A DNA stretch of 64,000 bases from an uncultured Clostridia bacterium. GTDB taxonomy: Bacteria > Bacillota > Clostridia > Oscillospirales > CAG-272. Position 1 is the stretch's first letter, and the number at the start of each line of letters is the position of its first letter. Shown here piece by piece: positions 56,484-64,000 of the stretch. The position numbers and the translations under genes are program-made. Where the stretch lies: contig CANRIL010000001.1 of NCBI GenBank assembly GCA_947630625.1, positions 47,355 through 111,354 of the forward strand, given 5' to 3'. The notes under the pieces are model-generated. The model saw nothing but the letters and a program-made list of their open reading frames with translations, had not been told where the DNA came from and searched no databases.

Positions 56484-57977
56484 TCAGAGCGGAAGATTTG
56501 CGTGACGCCTGCCGGGTTCTTCCGCATTCTTCATCGAAAGCATTTCGAGCGCGGACGCAATGCGGGCGCGCAGCTCGGCGGAAGGAATAACGTCGTCGAT
56601 CTCGCCCTTGTAAGCTGCCTCGACAGCGGAACCGAACGTGGAGTTCCACTCGGAGACGAGCTCCGCGCGGCGGGCGGCTGGATCATCTGCGCCGGCGAAC
56701 TTTTCATCCCAGAGCAGGGCGACTGCCGCCTCTCCGTCGAGCGCGGCGATCTTCGCGGTCGAAAGTGCAAGCGCGACATCAGCGCCGACGGATTTGCTGC
56801 CGAGCACCGTATAAGCGGCGCCGTAAGCTTTGCCGACGACGACCGTGATCTTCGGGCAGGACGATGTGGCGTAAGCCGCGGCGAGCCGTCCGAGCTCGGA
56901 CGCGTAGCTGACCGTATCAGCCGATTCGTTTGCGACGCCGGTCGTATCGACGAGGGTAACGACGGGTATGTTGAAGCTGTCGGCGAAGAGAACGGCGTGC
57001 GCCGCCTTTCTTGCCGCCGCGGGCGTAAGCGCGCCGCCTTTTTCCGCTGGATTTGACGCGACAACGAGCGCGACCGTCCCGCCGATGTGGGCGAGCGCCG
57101 TCGTAAGTTCGGGGGCGTACTTGCCGGTGAGCTCTACGAAGCTGCCGTTGTCGGCGACTTCAGCCAGAAGCTCCGCCGAAGTATAACTGCCGGACTCGAC
57201 GAACGAAACGTCCGCCGGGGATGCGCCGGTGTTGTCGGTGCGGACGGTGCCCTCGCAGTTATTGTCGGGGAGATAGGAAAGTAGTGTCTTTGCCGAGACG
57301 ATTGCCGAAATCTCGTCCGCCGTATAAACGGATGCGGCAGCGCATTCGGCGTTATCCTTGTTTACGTAAAATTTGCCTTCTGCTTCGGAGACGACCGTGA
57401 AATCGAACATCGAAGCGACAGCGGCGGAGGTGCCGACGCAGGAACCGGCGATCACCGCGATCTGCGGGATGACGCCGGAGGCGGCGGACACAGCCGACAT
57501 CACGCGGCCGTACCCGGCGAGCGCGGAAACGCCCTCAAGCACGTAAGCGCCGCAGCTGTCGAATATGCCGACGACCGGCGCGCCGTTTTTGACAGCCATG
57601 TCGTAAAGCGCGCATATCTTCTTCGCGTGCAATTCGCCGACAGCGCCCTTCGCGCGGTAATAATCCTCGGCAAAGGCGTAAACGAGCCTGCCGCCGACGG
57701 AACCGTACCCGGTGATGACGCCCTCAAAGTCGTCGTTTTCGACGGCGCCCGAGTCAAATTCGGTCGGACGGCGTCTGATGAATGCGCCCGTCTCAACGAA
57801 TGTGCCCGCGTCATAGAGCGCCGCGATGCGCGCCCTTGCCGTCAGGTGCTTTCCCGCGAGAGAGGATTCTTCATTTCTTGCATCCATCTCGGAAAGAAAG
57901 TCTTTGATCGCGGCGGTCGACTTATGCTTGACGCGCTTGAGCGCCTCAAGGACCGCCTCGAAATCTTTTTTCTGCAT
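56484..57977 (-). CDS. acyl-CoA carboxyltransferase (MmdA / 12S / PccB family), divergent
   Basis: ATG 57977 follows GGAGG, and ORF-track ATG 57995 contains that RBS. It has a carboxyl-transferase fold (ITGYGSVGGRLVYAFAEDY, HAKKICALYDMAVKNGAPVVGIFDSCGA). The usual DSGGARIQEG reads DSCGAYVLEG. Confidence 0.8.
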   Translation of the reverse strand: MQKKDFEAVLEALKRVKHKSTAAIKDFLSEMDARNEESSLAGKHLTARARIAALYDAGTFVETGAFIRRRPTEFDSGAVENDDFEGVITGYGSVGGRLVYAFAEDYYRAKGAVGELHAKKICALYDMAVKNGAPVVGIFDSCGAYVLEGVSALAGYGRVMSAVSAASGVIPQIAVIAGSCVGTSAAVASMFDFTVVSEAEGKFYVNKDNAECAAASVYTADEISAIVSAKTLLSYLPDNNCEGTVRTDNTGASPADVSFVESGSYTSAELLAEVADNGSFVELTGKYAPELTTALAHIGGTVALVVASNPAEKGGALTPAAARKAAHAVLFADSFNIPVVTLVDTTGVANESADTVSYASELGRLAAAYATSSCPKITVVVGKAYGAAYTVLGSKSVGADVALALSTAKIAALDGEAAVALLWDEKFAGADDPAARRAELVSEWNSTFGSAVEAAYKGEIDDVIPSAELRARIASALEMLSMKNAEEPGRRHANLPL

Positions 57978-58065
57978 ATAGAAACCTCCGGTCATTATAT
58001 AAGATCAATGCGGCGAAAAAAGAGTGAAGATACTCTTCCAGCCCCATTATAACCCATTATAAAAT

Positions 58066-58093
58066 ATTATACCGATTTCGCGGATTTTTTCAA
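58066..58093 (-). promoter_or_regulatory. promoter of the decarboxylase operon
   Basis: On the minus strand: TTGAAA (58088-58093), 16 nt, TATAAT (58066-58071). It lies ~89 nt upstream of ATG 57977. Confidence 0.6.
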
Positions 58094-58296
58094 GGGGATT
58101 TTCAAATGTTTCAACGCCTCCGGGCAAATTTCGTCATTCTACATAATAGTATAAGCTCAGATGCGCGCAAAATACAATTTTTTCGCCGCGCAAAAGCGCC
58201 CCGGCGCGCGGCGGCACCGAGGCGTACTATAAAAAATCTGATGTATAGGCATCTTTTCACGCGCGGTCTTTTTGTCGGTGCGTTGGCGTGAAATTT

Positions 58297-59118
58297 TCAC
58301 CTGATCGCATACTTCAGCTTTGCGCGCGCGGCTTCGTACGCGCCGCGATAATCGTCCGTCTTTGTGCAGCATTCTTCAAGGTCATTATAAATCATATAAG
58401 AAAGCATCGGCTCGGTGGATGATCCGATTTTGTCCTTTGCAATGCGCAAGATCGCTGCGGCTTCGCTGAAATTGCCCGCCGACATTTCCGCCTTCGCCGC
58501 GATGTGTAGCCCGAAAATCGTGTTTCGGCGCAGCTCGTCGTCGTCCCGGCAGAACTTCGCGTTTGAGAGCAGGAACATATAGAAATTCGCGGACATCGCG
58601 CGGTATGACGGGAGAGTTGCCGAAGAAAATTCATATGGGTCGGAGTCAAACGTCTCGTCTGACATGCGAAAGATGCTCATGACGATGTTGTATACGGTGT
58701 CCGTGATATCTGAAGACTGCTCGCAGTTCTCCTTTGCAAGCATTAAAAGCTCGCGCGAGCCGTTCATCGACAAAAGCGAGCTGACTGCCAGATTCAGATA
58801 GCAGAGCGCAAGAATTCCGCCCACGTCGGACGCCGGCAGCGACGAACCTGCGGAGATGCACTTTTCGTATTCGCCGTCGTTATAAAGAGATGAAAGCATG
58901 CTTTCCACCTCGCTCTGCGGTTTCTCCGACTCGTCGAAGAAATACGCGGGCGAAACTTCGAGCCTGTCGGCAAGGTACAAAAGCGAACCGATAGACGGCA
59001 GCGCAGCCCCGTTTTCGATGCGGGAAAGCATGTTGCGCGTGATCTCGTCCCCCGCAAGCTCGCGCTGCGTCATCCCTCTCGCCAGACGGAGCGAGCGTAT
59101 CTTCTTGCCGATATTCAA
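58297..59118 (-). CDS. XRE-family HTH regulator with TPR-like C-terminal domain
   Basis: TTG start overlapping the upstream stop (TTGA). It has an HTH_3 (IRSLRLARGMTQRELAG...LSRIENG) followed by ~200 aa of helical repeat-like sequence. Confidence 0.8.
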   Translation of the reverse strand: MNIGKKIRSLRLARGMTQRELAGDEITRNMLSRIENGAALPSIGSLLYLADRLEVSPAYFFDESEKPQSEVESMLSSLYNDGEYEKCISAGSSLPASDVGGILALCYLNLAVSSLLSMNGSRELLMLAKENCEQSSDITDTVYNIVMSIFRMSDETFDSDPYEFSSATLPSYRAMSANFYMFLLSNAKFCRDDDELRRNTIFGLHIAAKAEMSAGNFSEAAAILRIAKDKIGSSTEPMLSYMIYNDLEECCTKTDDYRGAYEAARAKLKYAIR

Positions 59119-59606
59119 GCGTCTTCACCGTCCTCTTTTTTGTCGGGCCCCTCATCCTCCACCGCAAGTTTTTCTTCCGCCTCCCGGAGCAGCTCGTTCA
59201 GCTTCGCGATCAGACTTCCGACCTCGCCGCGCAGCGTGGACATCGTGCATGTCAAGGCCGCCCGAACCTTTTCGTCCGCTTCGCGGACGGTGCGGGACGC
59301 CTCCGCGTTTGCGTTCATCAATATTTCGCCGACCTGGCGGCTTATCTCATCGTACCGGCGCGATTTTTCCGTAGCCTCAACATCGGAGACTGCGGCGATC
59401 GGCGGCTGTCCCTTCGGCGGCAGCATAACGGTCGGCTTTCCCTCAAGCTCCTGGCGCAGACGGGCGTTTTCCGCCTCAAGTATCTCGATTTTCTTCTCGT
59501 AATCGCGCTTCGTCTTTACAAACGCGCGGTTCATGTCCGCAATATACTCGTCGACCTGGCGCTTGTTGTAGCCGCCGACTGAATTTGAAAAAACGGTTAT
59601 GGACAT
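59115..59606 (-). CDS. DivIVA-domain protein
   Basis: ATG 59606 follows GGAGGA (ORF-track start TTG 59630). The N-terminus FSNSVGGYNKRQVDEYI is the DivIVA motif, followed by coiled coil (IEILEAENARLRQELE) and an acidic tail. Confidence 0.8.
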   Translation of the reverse strand: MSITVFSNSVGGYNKRQVDEYIADMNRAFVKTKRDYEKKIEILEAENARLRQELEGKPTVMLPPKGQPPIAAVSDVEATEKSRRYDEISRQVGEILMNANAEASRTVREADEKVRAALTCTMSTLRGEVGSLIAKLNELLREAEEKLAVEDEGPDKKEDGEDA

Positions 59607-59646
59607 ATATTCCTCCGGACGGTAAATCAAATTTACTTATAGATAT

Positions 59647-59675
59647 AATATATCATAATCGGGGACAAATTGCAA
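59647..59675 (-). promoter_or_regulatory. promoter of the DivIVA-XRE pair
   Basis: On the minus strand: TTGCAA (59670-59675), 17 nt, TATATT (59647-59652), preceded by TGA (extended -10). Confidence 0.65.
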
Positions 59676-59722
59676 GTGCGTTTTGTCGTCGGGCGCAGGG
59701 TGCTTTTTTTCGATATGTGCCG

Positions 59723-59751
59723 TTGACTTTGATGTATCAATCGGATATAAT
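59723..59751 (+). promoter_or_regulatory. promoter of the DUF4253-like gene
   Basis: TTGACT (59723-59728), exactly 17 nt, TATAAT (59746-59751). Confidence 0.75.
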
Positions 59752-59838
59752 CATGTTGGAAAATTATTTTTTTTTGTTTTGGTACTATAAGCGCCCGCGT
59801 TTGTTTTGGCGCGGAAAAATTTTATGGTGGAGGCAGAC

Positions 59839-60588
59839 ATGTTTTTCAAAAAGAAGAATCGGGGCAAAGACTTGCTCGAAAAATTTTCTGAGGCGACAGA
59901 GTGCCGCTTTGAGGCGCTGCCTGATGATATCGAGCCTGACGAGGTGATGAAAATTTATGTACGCGAGCTTGAAAACGGCAAGGCAGCGGGATACACTCCC
60001 GTTATCGTTGTCGCGGACGATGTGTTTTATAACCTTATAAATGATAGAATAAAAGGGGGAGGCGGGGCTCAGAACTATAATCGCGCTTATCTCTCAACGG
60101 ACGTGTCTGACGGCGAGGAAGTTTTACGGCGGCGGTATGAAAATGCGTTTTTCCCGGATGAATCAGAAGAAATGCCGGAGGACGAGCCGTTTGATGTGCC
60201 GTCTGTGAAATCTTTTATCGGCATATCAAAGGAAGAGCTTTTTGACGGCGAAAAGCTTCTGCTCGTCCGCTTACCTACGACCGAGCCGTGGAGGATATTT
60301 GCATGGATACCGTTCGGCGGCTGGAACGAGTGCCCGCCCGACACGGAGATAATGTCCGTCGCCAAATATTGGTATGACAAATACGGGGCTGTCCCCGCGC
60401 TGCTCTCGCGGGACACGCTGCAATTTTACGTTGCCGCGCCCGTGACCGACGGGACCGTCGCGAACGAGCTTGCAAAGGAGCAGTTTTCGTTCTCCCCGGA
60501 TATCGTATATCAGGGGGGCGTCGGGAGCATTGACACGCTCGCCCGGTCAATACTATATTCGAACGTGTGGTTTTTCTGGTGGGACTGA
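59839..60588 (+). CDS. DUF4253-like protein
   Basis: ATG 59839 follows GGTGGAGG (ORF-track start TTG 59806). The C-terminus IPFGGWNECPPDTEIMSVAKYWYDKYGAVPA matches my memory of DUF4253. Confidence 0.6.
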   Translation: MFFKKKNRGKDLLEKFSEATECRFEALPDDIEPDEVMKIYVRELENGKAAGYTPVIVVADDVFYNLINDRIKGGGGAQNYNRAYLSTDVSDGEEVLRRRYENAFFPDESEEMPEDEPFDVPSVKSFIGISKEELFDGEKLLLVRLPTTEPWRIFAWIPFGGWNECPPDTEIMSVAKYWYDKYGAVPALLSRDTLQFYVAAPVTDGTVANELAKEQFSFSPDIVYQGGVGSIDTLARSILYSNVWFFWWD

Positions 60589-60679
60589 CGTTTTGTCAGA
60601 TTTATAGTTGAAAAAATCGTTTCCGCGTGATATAATTACAATTCGTAAAACCGATACTCAGTACGGAGGCAAAATCTCA

Positions 60680-62353
60680 GTGTCAATAGATTATAAATAC
60701 CTCTCAGAACTGCTTTTCCCGGACGTGACGATGACGGAAGAGGAGCTTCTGGCAAAATATCCGCCGCGAAACCTGCCGGAGGGCGCAAAGGTGACGCGGT
60801 TCGCGCCGAGCCCGACCGGGTTCGTACATTTCGGCGGACTTTTTCCGACGTTAGTCAGCGAGCGCCTCGCGCACCAGTCAGGCGGCGTTTTCTATCTTCG
60901 CATAGAGGATACGGATTCGCGCCGTGAGGTCGAGGGCGCGGCGGGCGCGCTCGTAAAGACGCTCGCGCATTACGGCATACATTTTGATGAAGGCGTGACG
61001 GTCGACGGCGAGGCGGGCGATTACGGCCCGTATAAGCAGTCGGAGCGCGCCGATATATATCACGTATTTGCGAAGCGCCTTGTCGCCGAGGGCAGGGCAT
61101 ATCCCGTTTTCTCAACGGACGCGGAGCTTGAAGAAATAAAGACCGCCGACAAAAAGGCGGAACTCAAAGCCGTCAACTGGGAAACGGACGCCGACTCGCG
61201 CCGCGAGGCGATGCTGGCGCGCAGAAATTTCACGGTCGAGGACGTTGAACGCGAGCTTGCGGCAGGGCACAAATTCGCGCTGTTTGCGATCGCGGAAGGC
61301 GACGGCACGCGCAAGCGCAAGGTGAACGACCTTGTGCGCGGCGATCTTTTGCTGCCGGAAAATGATGAAGATGTCGTCCTTCTCAAATCGGACGGCATAC
61401 CGACATATCATTTCGCCCACGTCGTCGACGACCATCTGATGGGAACGACGCATGTTGTCCGCGGCGAGGAATGGCTGCCGAGCCTGCCGAAGCATTTGCA
61501 GCTTTTTTCGTATATGGGATGGAAGCCGCCGAAATATATCCACATCTCGCAGATAATGCGCCAGGACGCGGACGGCTCGAAAAAGAAGCTTTCAAAGCGC
61601 GACATGGGCGCAAATCTCGACGATTACAGCCGCCTCGGATACTCTCCTCGCGTCGTCATCGAATACGTCATGACGCTTCTGAATTCGAATTTTGAAGAAT
61701 GGCGCGCGCAGAATCCCGACAGGGACTATACCGAATTCCCGTTCAACGTAAAGAAAATGAGCTCCTCCGGGTGCCTCTTCGACATGAAAAAACTAGACGA
61801 CGTTGCGAAAAACGTCATATCGCGCATGTCGGCGGAAGATGTCTACGCGCAGCTTTGCGGCTGGGCGGAAAAGTTTGAACCTGATTTCGCGCGGAGGCTT
61901 TCGGATAAAGACTACGCGCTTCAGATAATCAGCATCGGGCGCGGCGGGAAAAAGCCGCGCAAGGACTATGGCACGTGGGTCGAGCTATATAACTATATGA
62001 GCCCGTTTTATGATGAAACGTTTGCGGTCGAGGATGAGTACCCCGAAAATGTCAGCCGCGCGGATATAAAATCGGCGCTCACCTCGTTTGCCGACAGCTA
62101 CGACGAGAACGACGACGCAGGCGCTTGGTTTGAAAAGATCAAGTCTATCTGCGCGCCGCTCGGCTACTGCGCTGATATGAAGGAATACCGCGCGAACCCG
62201 GACGCATACAAGGGAAGCGTTGCCGACGTGAGCATGATGATCCGCGTCGCCGTGACGGGAAGGCTCAATTCACCCGATTTATATACGGTCATGCACATTC
62301 TCGGCAGAGAGCGCTCGATTTCCCGCATCCGCGATATGATAAATAAACTTTGA
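60680..62353 (+). CDS. gltX: glutamate--tRNA ligase (long clostridial form)
   Basis: GTG 60680 follows GGAGG at ~10 nt (ORF-track start TTG 60608). Motifs are RFAPSPTGFVHFGG (HIGH-like), RIEDTD and KKLSKRD (KMSKS-like). Confidence 0.85.
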   Translation: MSIDYKYLSELLFPDVTMTEEELLAKYPPRNLPEGAKVTRFAPSPTGFVHFGGLFPTLVSERLAHQSGGVFYLRIEDTDSRREVEGAAGALVKTLAHYGIHFDEGVTVDGEAGDYGPYKQSERADIYHVFAKRLVAEGRAYPVFSTDAELEEIKTADKKAELKAVNWETDADSRREAMLARRNFTVEDVERELAAGHKFALFAIAEGDGTRKRKVNDLVRGDLLLPENDEDVVLLKSDGIPTYHFAHVVDDHLMGTTHVVRGEEWLPSLPKHLQLFSYMGWKPPKYIHISQIMRQDADGSKKKLSKRDMGANLDDYSRLGYSPRVVIEYVMTLLNSNFEEWRAQNPDRDYTEFPFNVKKMSSSGCLFDMKKLDDVAKNVISRMSAEDVYAQLCGWAEKFEPDFARRLSDKDYALQIISIGRGGKKPRKDYGTWVELYNYMSPFYDETFAVEDEYPENVSRADIKSALTSFADSYDENDDAGAWFEKIKSICAPLGYCADMKEYRANPDAYKGSVADVSMMIRVAVTGRLNSPDLYTVMHILGRERSISRIRDMINKL

Positions 62354-62367
62354 CTCCGGAGGGCACC

Positions 62368-64000
62368 ATGGCAGAAAACACAAACTTTATACATGAGATA
62401 ATCGACGGCGAGATCGCGTCCGGCAAATACCGCGCGGACGAGATACACACCCGCTTTCCACCTGAGCCGAACGGATATCTGCATATTGGCCACTGCAAGG
62501 CGCTGATGATAGATTTCGGCACTGCCGAGAAATACGGCGGGCGCTGCAACCTCCGCATGGACGACACGAACCCCGCGAAGGAAGATACGGAATACGTCGA
62601 CGCAATAAAGGAGGATATCCATTGGCTCGGATTTGACTGGGATGACCGCTTTTATTACGGCTCCGACTATTTTGACGAAACGTACAGGCTCGCGTGCGAG
62701 CTCATAAAGACGGGCGACGCTTACGTCTGCGAGCTCTCGCCGGAGCAGTTCAGCGAATTTCGCGGCGACCTCACGCATCCGGCTGTATCACCGTACAGGG
62801 ACCGCCCGTGGCAGGAAAGCCTCGATCTGTTCGAGCGCATGCGCGCGGGAGAATTTCCGGAAGGGAAATACACGCTTCGCGCGAAGATCGACCTTGCCTC
62901 CGGCAATTTCAATATGCGTGACCCCGTGCTCTATCGCATACGCTATATCGAACACCACAGGCAGGGCACAAAATGGTGCATCTTCCCGATGTACGATTTC
63001 GCGCATCCGATCCAGGACTGCCTTGAGGGGATAACGCATTCGCTCTGTTCGCTCGAATATGAGATACACCGCCCGCTTTACGATTGGGTGCGCGACCATG
63101 TTGCGCCTTTCCTTGATCTTAAGGTAAGACCTCGCCAGATCGAATTCGCACGGCTCAATCTCACGTATACGGTCATGTCAAAGAGGTATCTGCGCCGCCT
63201 CGTCGAAGATAAGCTTGTCGACGGCTGGGACGACCCGCGCATGCCGACGCTCTGCGGCCTTCGCCGCAGGGGATTTACAGCCGATTCCGTCAAGGATTTT
63301 CTGACGCGCGTCGGCGTCGCGAAGACTGATTCGATGGCTGATGTCGAGCTGCTTGAACACTGCGTTCGGGAAGACCTCGGAGCCACGGCGCCAAGGCGTG
63401 TAGCCGTCGTTCGCCCGGTCAAGGTCGTCGTTGACAATTTCCCGGAAGGCAAAACGGAATATTTCGAACTGCCGAACAATCCGTCCAACCCGGACGCCGG
63501 TACGCGCCGCGTTCCGTTCACACGGGAGCTCTATATCGAGGAAGATGACTTCGCTCTTGACCCGCCGCCGAAATTCCACCGGCTCAAGCCGGATGGTGAA
63601 GTGCGCCTTATGGGCGCGTATATCGTCAAATACGTCGGCGCTGAAATTGATCCGGACGGCTCCGTCCGAAAGATACACGTGACCGCCGATCTTGATACCG
63701 GGTGCGGTATGCCTTCAGACGGCAGAAAAGTAAAAGGGACGATACACTGGCTCTCTGCCGATTACGCGAAGGACGCGGATATAATCTATTACGACAAGCT
63801 CTTCACGGAGCCCAACATGAACGATGTGCCGTCCGACAAATATGACGAATATTTGAATCCCGATTCGGCCGTCACATATAAGGGCTGCAAGCTCGAGCCG
63901 CAGGTCGCAGACGATCCTGACGGCGTACACTATCAGTTTGTGCGCCTTGGCTATTTCATACGCGACACAAAGCGCGAGAATACGTACAACCGCATCGTCG
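62368..64000 (+). CDS. glnS: glutamine--tRNA ligase (3' end outside window)
   Basis: It is absent from the ORF track because it has no stop in the window. ATG 62368 follows GGAGGG. It starts MAENTNFIHEII..., and has RFPPEPNGYLHIGHCKA (HIGH), NLRMDDTNP and VMSKR (63174-63188). Confidence 0.9.
   Translation, partial: MAENTNFIHEIIDGEIASGKYRADEIHTRFPPEPNGYLHIGHCKALMIDFGTAEKYGGRCNLRMDDTNPAKEDTEYVDAIKEDIHWLGFDWDDRFYYGSDYFDETYRLACELIKTGDAYVCELSPEQFSEFRGDLTHPAVSPYRDRPWQESLDLFERMRAGEFPEGKYTLRAKIDLASGNFNMRDPVLYRIRYIEHHRQGTKWCIFPMYDFAHPIQDCLEGITHSLCSLEYEIHRPLYDWVRDHVAPFLDLKVRPRQIEFARLNLTYTVMSKRYLRRLVEDKLVDGWDDPRMPTLCGLRRRGFTADSVKDFLTRVGVAKTDSMADVELLEHCVREDLGATAPRRVAVVRPVKVVVDNFPEGKTEYFELPNNPSNPDAGTRRVPFTRELYIEEDDFALDPPPKFHRLKPDGEVRLMGAYIVKYVGAEIDPDGSVRKIHVTADLDTGCGMPSDGRKVKGTIHWLSADYAKDADIIYYDKLFTEPNMNDVPSDKYDEYLNPDSAVTYKGCKLEPQVADDPDGVHYQFVRLGYFIRDTKRENTYNRIV

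Noticed and set aside
58021-58045. A hairpin AAGAGT/ACTCTT followed by TTTTT (minus strand) in the leader of the decarboxylase operon, considered as a possible attenuator.
   Set aside because: The stem is only 6 bp and AT-rich, and I could identify no alternative antiterminator. It is too weak to call without a folding computation.
58106-58291. A 61-aa basic ORF, and short ORFs downstream of the XRE/TPR regulator, considered as candidate signalling-peptide genes.
   Set aside because: There is no RBS, the composition is Arg-rich and shadow-ORF-like, and there is no secretion signal or conserved-looking peptide. It cannot be supported from sequence alone.
1-64000. A scan for mobile elements, prophage, CRISPR-Cas, toxin-antitoxin pairs, restriction-modification or other defence islands.
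   Set aside because: I found no integrase, transposase, recombinase or phage structural genes, no cas or methylase motifs, no long terminal repeats and no compositional break. The single tRNA (9066-9138) has no adjacent integrase or direct repeat of its 3' end.

Overview
The window reads as one contiguous chromosomal segment from a GC-rich, spore-forming Firmicute. The gene content looks Clostridia-like: SpoIID, CotH, DUF1540, a glycyl-radical enzyme and a Na+-pumping biotin decarboxylase. I support 50 protein-coding genes (two cut by the window edges) and one tRNA-Pro(GGG). I also call a set of near-consensus TTGACx-N17-TATAAT promoters, several rho-independent terminators and a probable BirA operator. 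I saw no transposase, integrase, phage gene, CRISPR array or recognisable defence or toxin module, so most of the window is housekeeping: translation factors, four aaRS/tRNA-modification genes, CoA, PRPP, peptidases. The least explained signal is the ~650-nt gap upstream of prs (36.3-36.9 kb), which holds three tandem copies of a promoter-like box followed by abutting hairpins and matches no RNA class I recognise. Other items worth a second look are listed below.
- A paired ABC exporter operon in which both halves carry an extra N-terminal domain plus a zinc ribbon and flank a DUF1854-like gene.
- A MoxR-DUF58-DUF4129-like cluster ending in a membrane, low-complexity, wHTH, XpaC-like protein.
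- A biotin decarboxylase operon that encodes two different carboxyltransferases.
- A HypD-like glycyl radical enzyme translationally coupled to a PHP phosphoesterase.
- A DUF1284 gene embedded in a BirA-controlled birA-bioY operon.
- A divergent topoisomerase A-subunit paralog.
All family names come from motif recognition by eye and memory. No database search or folding computation was run, so every family call needs HMM or BLAST confirmation.
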